Program-made: the position numbers and the translations under genes | Notes under the pieces: generated by a model | Database searches by the model: none | Told to the model about the DNA's origin: nothing | Seen by the model: only the letters and a program-made list of their open reading frames with translations | Shown here: piece by piece, positions 37,223 through 57,226 of the stretch | Position numbering within the stretch: position 1 is the first letter of the stretch | Layout of the letters: every line of letters starts with the position of its first letter | Assembly: GCF_009914755.1 (NCBI RefSeq) | Contig: NC_060947.1 | Reading direction: 5' to 3' (one strand) | Length of the DNA stretch: 64,000 nt | Origin: the human T2T-CHM13v2.0 reference genome, Homo sapiens

Positions 37223-40200
37223 TCTACATATATGTTTTTAAGTGGAAAGTGGGTACTAAAACCCAAGACAATGCCACGTGTTGCTGTGCATGCCTGGCTC
37301 TATGCTGCTGGCAGAGGGCGGGAGAGCACAGAGGGGCTGCCGTCCACTGCACACGGGCAGGTGGGAAGCAGAGGCCCAGCAAGGGGTGGGGTGCTGGCAT
37401 TAGTCACCCAAGCCTTTGGCTCCTTGCTGCAGGTAGTGGGACAGCCCAGCCTCCCACACTTGGCACAGCTCCCATGTAGTGCCTGCACATGCATTTGTGG
37501 AGGCAGGGCTGGGGCTGGGACCCTCCCTGGCTACTCCTGACCATTTATCTTGGCTGCATCCTCGTCTCTCCTCACGTATATTTTTGGTCCTAAAATAGTA
37601 CATGGTCCTTGTGTGTTGCAAACATGCAGAAAAGAGTGAATCACTTCTAATTTTCTTACCACTCACAGTTTCAGCCTTTCTTGTTTCATTGCTATGAGCT
37701 CCTCTTACCTGGCTCACCCCGCAGTGCCCAGCCACTTGCTGTGTGGATTCCCCAAGCCCCTGCCCTCTGCCCCTCACCATCCCAAGCCCAATGCAAAGAC
37801 TGATGGCTGGCCCTGCAGCAGGCGAGACCTGGATGGTCCATGGCGGGTGGTAGGCATGGGCAGGGGATGCCACCTCCTCACAGGTCCACCTTAGGGATTC
37901 AATGGTCCCATTAATGAGCCTGTACATGGGGGGCAGAACAAACAGGTTGCTACTGCCAGGACCCTAGAAGGACGCAGTGACAGAGCCTCCTGTTTCAGCA
38001 GCTGATAAAAACCAAGTACACTGACAGGAAGAACCGAACTCACCTCAGTCCAGTTCCCCCAGGAAGCACTCACTACCTGGGATTGGGGCTGGACTGCAGC
38101 CCAGTGTGGCTGGACAGAGGCAGATGGGGCCTAGCAGGAACCTACATGGGACCTGGGGTGGTGGCAAGGTTGACATCCCAAAGCTCTGGAGTAATAGCTG
38201 GTGTCAGGGAGATGGGGGATGTGGAGCTGGGCTTGGGGCATCCCAAGGAGGGAAAAGATATCCAGATATCGGGACGAAATGGTGCTTTCTAGGCCTTAGG
38301 TCAGGTCCTGGATCTGTTCCAGGTGGGGAGTAAAGAGGAGGTAGCTGGGTGTACTTGGCAACCACTGTGGTGTCTGGCGTGAGGGAAGAGAGGGAAGGAA
38401 GGAACAGCGGCCACCCCTGACGTAGCTTGCCCCTTTTCATTCATTCCAAAAGAGCTCCCAAGATTGGATGGAAGAGGGCTCCCGGAGTCCCCACCCCAGT
38501 TCCCCAGGGAATGAAAAGGGCTGCGAGACTCCCTGCTCCTGAGGGCTCATGGCGTTCCCCAGGGCTCTGCTCCCACCACCTCCCTGAGCTCCCTCTGGAT
38601 TCCTGAGGCCTCCCACTTGGGCTTGGTCACCAATCCCCAGGGCTCCATGGGCCTTGGAGTACTCCCCCCACCGTTTCAGGGCTCCTCAGGGTTCTGCCAA
38701 CCCCATCCTGTGATCTGTCCAACCCCCAGGGCTTCGAACCCCATGAAGGATCCTGACTATTCTGGACACACCGAAGTGCACTGGGTGCCCCAGCCGGAAC
38801 CAGAGGATTAGGAAGGTTCCATGGGCCTCAAGAGCCTCCAGGCCTCCACTTACATGTTCTCCAGAGCTCTGAGAGACCACTGTGGCCCCACTTTCCAAAG
38901 TTCCCAAAGAATCTGGGGCCCCCCGCAGGGCTCCAGCCATGCTCAGACATACAGCAGGGGGCAGCAGCTGCCCAAGGTCCAAGCGAGAGGCCACTCTGGG
39001 CACTGTCCAAGAAGATACTGGATTTTTTTCCTCCGCTACCACCAGGCCCTGCCAGACCAGGGAGGAGAACCACCTGAGGGGGCTGGGAGAGTGTCGAGGC
39101 AGCCAGTGGAGAAGGAGACTGTGGAGAGGGACTGCAGGGCCAGGGTCCAGAACCCATGGTCCTGGCAAGGCCCTTGACCTTGGCCCCAGACAGGTCCAAA
39201 AGAGGTGACAGCGCCAAGACCGGCCAAGAAGGACATTTGCCTTGACCCTCAGCTGGGTTGGAGGTACGAAGGGTGTCTGCGGGGCTGCTACCACTTTCAA
39301 GAAGAGAGTGCCAGGGGTGTAGGACCTGTGGCTTCATGAGCATGGCACACTCCTGACTCTGATGGCATAAAGGAAAGGAAAACGGCAGAGGAACCCTGCC
39401 TGACTTCCACCTGGGGCTGGGCTGCTGGCCCCAGGCTCAGGGCGGCCACTCACTGGGAGACACGGGGCAAGCAAGACACAGAAAGGGGAAGTCCCACCCC
39501 CAGCCGCAGCCACTCTACTGCTCCCCCTGGGCCCAATGGCATAGAGGTAAAGGGGCCAAGCACACTCTGGAAGCCTCTAAAAGCCACCAGCTGAACGGGG
39601 CTGTGAGGCAGCAGAGCCAGGCCCAGAAAGATGCAGTGCCAGTTGGGAGGACGGGAGGTCCCCCTGAGGCTGCGACTTGTCCGCTCAGCCCACTGTGTGC
39701 CCAGGATTCTGAACCTCTGGGGCACTCCCTCCTGTCCCGAGTCACCCAGGGTCTCCTGCCCCCTCCCTGTGTCTGCTCCATCACATCCCCTCTCAAGCCC
39801 CATGCCTGGCAGGGCCACCGCCCTAGGGCTGGGCTAGGTGAACCAAGGGCACCGGTCCCCCAAACCTGCCGATCGTCCCCAGGCTGCAGGGAGGGACACA
39901 TGTGGGGCGGCAAGGGCAGAAGATAAACTAGGGGGATCCGGGCCCCTGAGGACAGCCCTGGCGGGAGGCCACAGGCCTCACAGGGTGGTGAGCTGGAGGC
40001 CACCCAGGCAGGCAGGCAGGCAGCAGGGAAAGAGACTGGCACGGTCCTGGCCAGGGCCCCCCCCGGGAAGGGCGGGCAAGTAGGAGCAAAAACAAGAGCA
40101 GAGCACGGGCCCCCACCCTGCCGGGTCCTATGGCCTGGGGACTCACACACACTGAGGAAGACCCAGGAGGACCCGCCAGGCTACTAGGAGGAGATAAAGG

Positions 40201-43200
40201 GTGCACAGGCCTCCAACCCGCAGGTTGTGTCTGGACTGAGTCCAGGGAGGGCAGGGAGGGGCGGTAGCCCAGTTGACCTTCCCTCCCCCAAGCCACACCT
40301 CTGCACCCCAACCCTCCCTTCCGCCTCCCAACAGCCCCATCCCCGCTCTCCGAGGAAACTGGGAGGGGACCTGGAGAGGAAAGGGAAGCAACGGCCCCTC
40401 AGAGCGGGGTTCCCCAAAATCCATGGCCAGGGACTGAGGCCAGCACTCAGACACTGTTGGGAACACTGGCCAGGAGTCCCTCGGGGTGGACCTGGGAACC
40501 TGCTGCAGAAGCTTAGGGGACCGGGCCAGCTCAGGAAAGGGCTCAGGCTGGAAACCGAGCAGACAGGGCACCGCTGGACCTGGGGCCGAGGAGGACAGGA
40601 AGTAGGTGACTATGGAAAGACCCCCGCCGCCACCCACGCCCAACTCGGCACACAAAGGCCCAGAGAGGCCCCCAGACATGCCTGTGGGGGCAGGGGTGTT
40701 TGCAAACATTTGCAGAGGGACCGGGTGTCCCAGGCACATGGACAGCTTGCAGGGCCCGGCTGAGGCTAGGACAGCAGCAGGTGGCTGGCAGGAGGTGCCC
40801 CGCCAGGGTCCCCAACTGTGTGGGGGGCAGGCCCGAGGCAGGCGGCACCAGTCCCGGGCAGGATCTCTCGGAAGAGGGGCCGTACCCAGCCAGGGTTCCC
40901 AGAGACACGGGTGGTGGGGCCGAGTGCCCCCTCACCCTGTGCCTGGCCCCCAACAAAGGGTGAGCATGTATCCTTCCTGGACACGGTGTCCAGGGCAGGG
41001 CACTCCCGAACCAGGATGCCCCCTAGGCCACAGGACCCCTCAGCCCCAGCTGACAGCAGCCGGGGGGGATCTGGGGAGGCCCCCAGGAGGCAGGGCGGCA
41101 GCCAAGCAGAACACCATCCCTGGACCCACTCTCCAACTGCAACCAGGGCCCGCTCCCCCGAAGGCACCAGCTCTCCCTAGGGGCAGGACCTTGATCCAGA
41201 GCAGGAGTGGAGGCCCCCAACAGGGGACGGCTGGAGAGGCCCTGGGCTCACGAGCCAGGGAGCGGCGCCTCTGTGCCCGGAAGCCCCTGGGTCCTGCCTG
41301 GGCTGCTGGTAGCTGCTGCGGGCCGAGGGGTCCGGACGCCCCTAGGGTGCTCTGGGGCAGCTCCTTTGGGACCCTCAATGGAGCCAGTAAGTCCAGGAGG
41401 GCGCCGATCCGTCCAGGTGGGTGCATGGGCCGGGACAGGGTCTGGCTGCTGTCGTGGCTGTGCCCATCTGCCGAACAGGTCGCTAGGAGAGCACTCCCTG
41501 AGCGAGGGCGCCGGGCAGCCCGGGGAGGGAGGACACAGTCCCCGTCCAGGCCCCCGAGGCCCCCATAGCAGGGAGAGCCGGCCCTCCTCGCTGTTCTTCC
41601 CGCGGGATCGGGCCGGCACCTCGGCTCAGGGGAGAGAGGGTCACAGAGGACAGCCAGCAGGCAGGTGGCCCAGGAGTGTGGGGGGTCGGTGGGCCTGACC
41701 GTGTCCTGAAGCACCCCAGGACCCTGTACCCGACACCCTGGGGGAGGGGCTGTCCCCACTTGCCAGGAACACATTCCTCAGGGAAGGCCCGGCAACCTGC
41801 TCTCGTCGGGTTCAAGAAGGGCCAGGCGGCTTTGGAAGGGGCCAGGAGCTGTCACCAAGGGCCCCCGCATTGCCCAGAGGCGGCGCGGGCCAACAGGAAA
41901 AGCACTCACCGCCCACGGAACCTCTGTGACAAACTCAGAGCCACGGAGAGCGTCATCAGCAAGTCACTTGCCAGTCCCAGTGGGAAGGATGGGGCACGTC
42001 TCCAGGGAAACGAGACACCAAGGTCTTCCTGGGGCCCCAGTGGAAAGCTCCTTCCAGGACCCACCTGGCCCTCCACATCCCACCCTCCAGGCCAGGGACC
42101 GGAGCCCAGTATCCGGCAACCTGACACATCACGGAGAAAAGGAGCTGCTCTGCCTTCACCATGACGACGCGGCACACCCCCTCCCTGCCCCGGCCCCTCC
42201 CCTTCAGGGCTGCATGCGGGGAGGAGAGGCCTCCCCTGTCTGCAGAGAGAGGCTGCCCCACCTGGGGCAGAGAGGGGACAGGGGCAGGAATGAGCCCCTG
42301 GGAGGGGGGCATTGGAGGTGGGGGGCACATCCTGCCACCCGGGCTGGCGTGGGGCACTCATGCCATGCAGACCAGAACGGGCTTCCCACCGGCTCCTGGG
42401 GATGTTGGACCGGGGCTCCCCGACCAGGGCTGGGAAAGGCTTCCATGAAGAGCCAGAGAGCACACGGCGCAGACCCTGCGGGGCACACGGGGTCTCGGTG
42501 GCAGAGTCTCCCTTCTTGGGGTTCTCTGTGATGGGTTTTGCAACCCTTTCAGGATGTCAAAGCACGCCCCGCCCTCAGAAATGCAGGCCCCGGCCAGTGT
42601 CAGCCCCAGGAGGTGGCCTGCTGCTCCCGCTGACACCAAGGACATGTTCCTGAGGCGGCCCGCTCGGGATCTCCAGCAGCCGACGCAGGTCTACACGTGC
42701 AAGGGTGCTTCTGACTCGCAGCACTCAGGAACAGCCTCCACCCTGAGCGTGGCGCCCTCTCCAGCACGCGCCAGGGTGGACCTGTGAGACCAATAAAAAC
42801 CACAGCGGAGGCGAGGCGAGTCACTTAGGAGACCAGGCCATGAAGAGACTGTGGCCGGGTCTGGGGCGCCCTCTCCTGCTGGTTCGACTGGATTGCAGGT
42901 CCGGGGGAAGCCCAGCAGCCCTGGGGAGGAGGCCCGGTGGGGAGGAACTGAGGCCTCCTGCCACAGCCTCCAGAGGGAGAGTCATCACGAGGGCTCCCCA
43001 CCCAGTCAGATAGGATGGCTGGGCCCCAGTGGACACCTGACCGCAGCCTGAGAGGGACCCTGAGCCACAGTCCTGGCTCCCCGAGAGCCCTCCCAGAGCC
43101 TGTCCCTCAGAACCCTTGGGGGGGTGACACGAGTGCTGGGGGGGTGAGACGAGTGCTAGGTGGGGAAGGACCGAAACGTGAAGTCGTCTGTTACCCAGTA

Positions 43201-43997
43201 GTCGGAACTGGTGCCCAGCGTCCAGGGGGCAAGACACGGCGTGAGCCAGAAGGAAACAAACCGACAAGAACCCCCAGAAGCCATCAGGAAAGCCTGGAGA
43301 TTCTGATGACACGAAAACTAAAATCCCCTCTGTGACCAAGCACAACCCGCAAACCACACAGTCAAGAGACAAGTGATAATAAGGGGAGAAAATAGTAGCA
43401 AGAGGTGACTAAGGGCTCGCGTCAGTCACACACACACAGAGCCGGACACACGGACAAGGCAAAGTGCAAGGACAAGAGAGCAAAAGGGGGCGGAGGAGAG
43501 GAAGGGAGAGGGAAGGAAGCGTCTTCTCCACCGGGATGCAATTCCTTGGGAGCCCGTCTGACCCCAGGGCAAAGAGATGCTGGGTCGCCAGAGCCGCCGC
43601 GGAGAAGTCCCGCCGGGCCTCAGAGCCCAGCAAAGAGGAACCAGGGCGGACGGGCCAAACCCAGCGGCCGGCTCCCGGGGGGGTGGGTGGTGGCGCTGCG
43701 GGGAGTCGCCTGAGCAGCATCACCAGCAGCTGGGAACCCTCCCGGTGCGGGAAGGTTGGCGGGTAAGGCGGGGCTTCCCCGGAAACACTGGGCTGGACCC
43801 AGCGGTCCCATGGGTGCTGGAACCAGCCCTGCGGGTGTTCCCAGGCACCCTCCCGCGGGAAGACCGGCTGGAGGGATGGCTCCTGTTGGCACCCACGTCG
43901 AGGGAAGCCACCGCCTTCTCTGCGGGGCTCGCCTTTCCTACCTCCCCCAGGAGACAGTCAGGCCAGGAAGCGCCCCAGCCCACGACCGCCCGCAGCA

Positions 43998-44400
43998 GAG
44001 CAGGATTCCCTCCCCGGCGGCCGCCGCTGTCAAGGGACGGGGAAGACTTTGTTACCCCACCGCGCGCCACCGCGGAATGGTGCACAGACACCTCCAGACG
44101 CCACTTCCCCCAAGACGGCCGCCCGCCCCGCTCTGCCCACCTCTCCCTGGACGCTGCCGGGTGGGCGCGGCCCTGCTTCCCCACGACCCCCCAGACGCGC
44201 CCCGAGGCACTTTCGCAGCACAGTGGAGTGGGAAGGGCGGGGCGGCCCCTCGACGGCGCCGAGGCGAGAGCGGCTCACGGGGCTTCCCGGGCCCTGATCT
44301 CAGGCGACGCCTGTCCGCCTCGTCCCCGGGGGAAGACAGTGACCACCGGTCTGCAAAGGAAGGGGACTCGGCGCATGCCCCGCAGGGCCGGCCCAGGACT
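43998..44400 (+). repeat. Diverged direct copy of RPL10 upstream sequence (51905-52378)
   Basis: Shared blocks GGGAAGACTTTGTTACCCCACCGCGC, GCGGCCCTGCTTCCCCACGACCCCC and GCACAGTGGAGTGGGAAGGGCG. Confidence 0.9.
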
Positions 44401-45030
44401 CGCAGGCGCGGAAGGCGGTGCCGAGGCGGGGGCGGGGCGTGGAGGGACAGCCCTAGTCTCCGCCCGCCGGGGCCCACAGCTGCCTCGCTCCCCGCCTCCG
44501 CTTCGGTCGCTCCTGGTAAGCTCCAGGCGCCCACGGGAAGCCCCGCCCAGCCCCGCCTATCCGTCCTCCTCTTCGCCTGTCCTCGCCAATGACCATGCTC
44601 AGATTGCACGGAATTCCCGCCCCTCGCCCTTGACTGACGCTCCTGCTGCCCAGTGGACGACACCCCGTCGCGTGCGCGCCGCTGCGGCCCTGCCGGGTGT
44701 GGCGCGGCGCTCTCAGGCTCCTAGGCGTTCCCGGGGCGAGACCCAGGGCGCTGGCCGCAGAGTCGCCGGTGCACACGCAACAGTGCCGCCTTGTGTTTTG
44801 GGTGTGGACCTGCGCTTCTCTAAGCGTTCCATTCCCGAGAAGGGGCGAGAAACGTCCAGAGGTCGTGGCACCTGCCCGCCGCTGCCGGGGCGTCGGCCGT
44901 GGGCGCAAGTGAAGCGCCCCGGGAGCGCGGCGCGACGTCCGTGCCTTCCGAGGGCGGCCCGGGTGTCGCCGCGGTGCGCGCGGGAGGGCGCGGCCGTGGG
45001 CATTTCCGCGCTTGCGCGGGTTCCTGTCCC

Positions 45031-45083
45031 GCCCCGGCCCCGGCCCCGGCCCCGGCCCCGGCCCCGGCCCCGGCCCCGGCCCC
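45031..45083 (-). repeat. (GGGGCC)8 hexanucleotide repeat plus partial unit
   Basis: GCCCC followed by 8 perfect GGCCCC units on + (45036-45083). Confidence 0.98.
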
Positions 45084-45509
45084 TCCCTCTCGTGGCCCCG
45101 CAGTAGACGCAGCCCCTCCCTCCCGCGGTGCAGCGCAGCCAGGGCTCTGCTCCGGGAGTCATGGAGTCCATCACCGCGGAGCGTTATCTCAGCGGACCCA
45201 CGCGGTGTCCTCCGCTGGGGTGGGCCGAGTACCCTCCGCCTCCCGCCCGCGAGATCCATCCCAGCCCCTGGCGGGGGCCCGTGGTTCTTCCCGCTCATGG
45301 CCACGGAACGGTCCACGCTCGCGGAGCCGCAGGCTGAGCTTTTGCTGGTGAGGGACAAGGTCGTGGTTTCCCGTGGCTGGTGGCCCTCACGGAGGAGCCT
45401 GCTGGGAGCACGCCCGTGTAGGGTTTCCTGTCATCGGGTTGCCACGCCCATCTTGAACGCTCGAGTCCACGCAGAAGTGTAGAAGTGGATGTGTAGCTTT
45501 ATTTGTAAT

Positions 45510-51670
<6,161 letters not shown>

Positions 51671-52629
51671 GCCGCAATTCCTGACTTGTACTGCCCCAGT
51701 GGTGTTACAGCCTCGAACCCAGTTTCCAGACCTAAGTCACCGCCGGCATCCAGAGTCCCATGATGGAAAGGGAGGCTAGGTTCCCCTGGGAAGGACCTTG
51801 CACCACTGCTGCAAGTGCACCCCAGAAATCGTCCCAAGCTTTTCTCAAAGGGACCTGCAGCCATTTATAAAAGCGACATATCATCCTGGAAAACAGGTGC
51901 GCTCGAGCAGGATTTCCTCCCGTCCTTCCTGTCAAAGGACGGGAAGACTTTGTTACCCCACCGCGCCCCACCTGCAGAATGGTGGACAGATACCTCCAGA
52001 TGCCACTTCCCCCAGGACGCCCGCCTGCTCTGCGCACCTCTCCCCGGATGCTGCCCCGTGGGCGGGTGGGGGCGGCCCTGCTTCCCCACGACCCCCAGAC
52101 GCACCCGGAGGGACTCTTGAGCACAGTGGAGTGGGAAGGGCGAGGTGGGGCGGTGCCCAGGCGAGAGCGGCTCATGGGAGGCGGCGCCCGAGACGCAGCT
52201 GGTCGGGACGGTGCGGGTCAGGGTGGGCGGAGCGGGGCTAGAGATGCCCCGGGGTTTCCCAGGCCATGAGTCTCCGTGGAGATTTCTCCTCGACCTCTTC
52301 CCCGCGGCAATGTGCGAACCCTGGGTCTCCAGGAAACGGGGATACGGGGCATGGCTCCCAGCAAGGCCTGGTCCAGCCTCTCCGGTAGGGGAATGGGTCT
52401 CCCCCTCCGGCCTCCCGGGTTGACAAAGGAACGCGGGCCCAGATCCCCGTATGGCGCTTCACCGCCGGGGCCTCTAGCCTAGAAGGAGGCACGGAGCGCG
52501 TGTCCGAGACCCGTGCAAGCTCAGGGACACTCTCGCGGTCGCCGGGAGGCCCACCTAGGGTACTTTCCTTTTTTCCACTCTCAGAAATATACGTCTGTCA
52601 CAGTTAACGGCAAAGCCTAGGGCAAGAGT

Positions 52630-52914
52630 TCTACGCCCAAGATGGCCAGCCGGAAGCGGGCTTCTCGCGACCATGTGGCGAAGCCCCATTCGTCAGCTGG
52701 CCGCCCGCGGCCCTGGTACCCGGTCACCTCTCTGATCTGCGCATGTGCTGGGCTACGCCCGGGCGCAAGCGCCAAGAGCGGCTGCGTCTATGGTCATGAC
52801 GTCTGACAGAGCGTCCACCCGTCTTCGACAGGACTCTATGGTTCTTACGCGCGCAGACAGACCGCCTATATAAGCCATGCGCAGGCGGAGGAGCGCCTCT
52901 TTCCCTTCGGTGTG
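52630..52914 (+). promoter_or_regulatory. RPL10: RPL10 promoter, TATA box, 5'TOP start and non-coding exon 1
   Basis: YY1-like CAAGATGGC and ETS CCGGAAG near 52640-52657; TATATAA 52867-52873; CTCTTTCCCTTC from 52897; donor gtgagt at 52915. Confidence 0.9.
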
Positions 52915-53039
52915 GTGAGTAAGCGCAGTTGTCGTCTCTTGCGGTGCCGTTGCTGGTTCTCACACCTTTTAGGTCTGTTCTCGTCTTCCGTTCCGACTCT
53001 CTCTTTTTCGTTGCAGCCACTGAAGATCCTGGTGTCGCC

Positions 53040-55540
<2,501 letters not shown>

Positions 55541-57226
55541 TGAGGCAGCAAACCCTGCAAAGGGCTGGGACTGGTGGCCTTATGTCAGTTGTCTACTCTG
55601 GAGCTTGACTTGGACCTCCCCAGGTCCTAGGCAGTAGGTTGAAAAACACTGAAGTGCTTTTCATGAAGCACAGCTGCAGCAAAGCCTTGCAATCCCAGGC
55701 TGGGGTCAGCCTACAGTTGTGTTGCTTATTACAACACATGCGGACCAAGAGGGGCTTGTGGGCTAGAGGCTGACCAGCAGCGTTTATTTAGCAAGGGTAG
55801 GTGTGCATCACATTGGGCTTGTTCTCACCCATCTGGTTTGGCCATTCCTCCTTGGTGGGAATCATCCAGGTACTGCTGAGGTCACCTGCGATTTGCCCCA
55901 TTTCCTATCTCTAGCAACCTCCTGGGCCCCATGCCCCCACCCCTTCTAGAACCTGCATTCCCAGGGCCTTCACCACCTGACCAAAGGTCTAGGCTAACCT
56001 TTGGTCATTTGTAACAAGACCTCGGAACAGACACGTGTGTGGCATGGTTTGGCCTGGGGATCTTAGATGTCTGACCTGAACTATTGTAGAACAGCGCTGG
56101 CTTTTGGGGGAGCAGCAAAAATGAGAGGAGTGCTAGGTGGGTGGCCTGAGCATCTGTATCCAGGGACAGGACTCCAAAGGCTTTTGGTCCCAGAGCTGGG
56201 GTATGTTGGCCCCAGCCCCCAGCCTGTGGCTCCCAAAAGGCCTCTGGTTTTTTGTAATCTCAGTTTACAGCCATTTCTTAGGTTTTTAATTACCTTTATT
56301 TTATTTTGCCAAACATACCTGGGAATACCTTTTATTTTTTTTTTACCTTGGGGTGATGGTTCCAAACCATAAATGTGATTATAGTTAACACATGACCCTT
56401 CTAGCGTCCCAGCCAGTGTTTTTCCTGACCTCTCTTCTTTGGAGAGGAGGATGGAAGGGAGGGGTCCGGCATGCTGCTGGCATTTTGCTGTGTCCTGCAG
56501 CCCCTTTCCGGGACACCTGGGTTCACACAGCTTTTTAGCTTACATAACTGGTGCAGATTTTCTGTGTGGAGATGTTGCCTTGACCAGCCTTGGCTGGACT
56601 TTACCAGGCATGCAGAAGCCTGTACCAACACAGACTACAGCACCCAGGAGGTGCGAGTGTGGCTGCTCAGCGGTTATAACAGGCCTGACTGCATTGTTCA
56701 CCGGATTATAATGAGCCAAAATGTTTCCCGGTGTTTGCTGGTTTCAGGGAAGGAGTTTGATATAGCAGATTAACCACCCTCCTTGTAGCTATTGGGGCTT
56801 AATGGTTTCCTGGTGATTCTTACCAATCCACAATAAACATGGCCCATTGGCATATCTGCTGCACAAGTGTCCTACCTCACCAATCTGGGTTTTTGTTCTC
56901 AGTAACTTTCCTTCTTGTCATACAACATCTTCATTCCTCTTTCTGAACCCTCCCTTCCCCTACCCCAACCCAGAGCCCACTTTGTCTCCACTCCTGATAC
57001 TACACTACCTGGCAGGTGGCATGAGTGCAGGGCCCCTGGCTTCCTCTCCTAATCTAGGCACAAGCCCAACCAAAGAACAAGAGCCAAATCAAACAAGGCA
57101 GGCAGGGGTGGACTACAGTCACAGGGCAACTATAGTTGAAGCCCCCCAGCCCCAGGGCTGGATGGACGGGGGAGGCTGGGGTTTAAGTCCCAAAAGGCAG
57201 CAGGCCCTGGGGGGGTAGGGGGACGC

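Larger units (their letters stand above)
43560..45480. promoter_or_regulatory. Orphan CpG island inside the inverted repeat
   Basis: Very high GC and CpG density, GC boxes, CCAAT near 44586, TGACG near 44635; no recognisable CDS. Confidence 0.75.

Noticed and set aside
40606-41568. 320-aa ORF and the many ORFs duplicated between the repeat copies
   Set aside because: The duplication only reflects the inverted repeat; no domain or coding signature
42780-43500. Possible LTR/ERV leader-like remnant (AATAAA at 42792, strand-skewed A-rich tract)
   Set aside because: No primer-binding site, paired LTR or gag similarity that I can identify by eye; needs Dfam/RepeatMasker
43577-45106. 509-aa ORF (longest in the track) in the repeat CpG island
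   Set aside because: Non-ATG start, Arg/Pro/Ala/Gly-rich low complexity, overlapping long ORFs in other frames and no recognisable domain. Expected in very GC-rich DNA.
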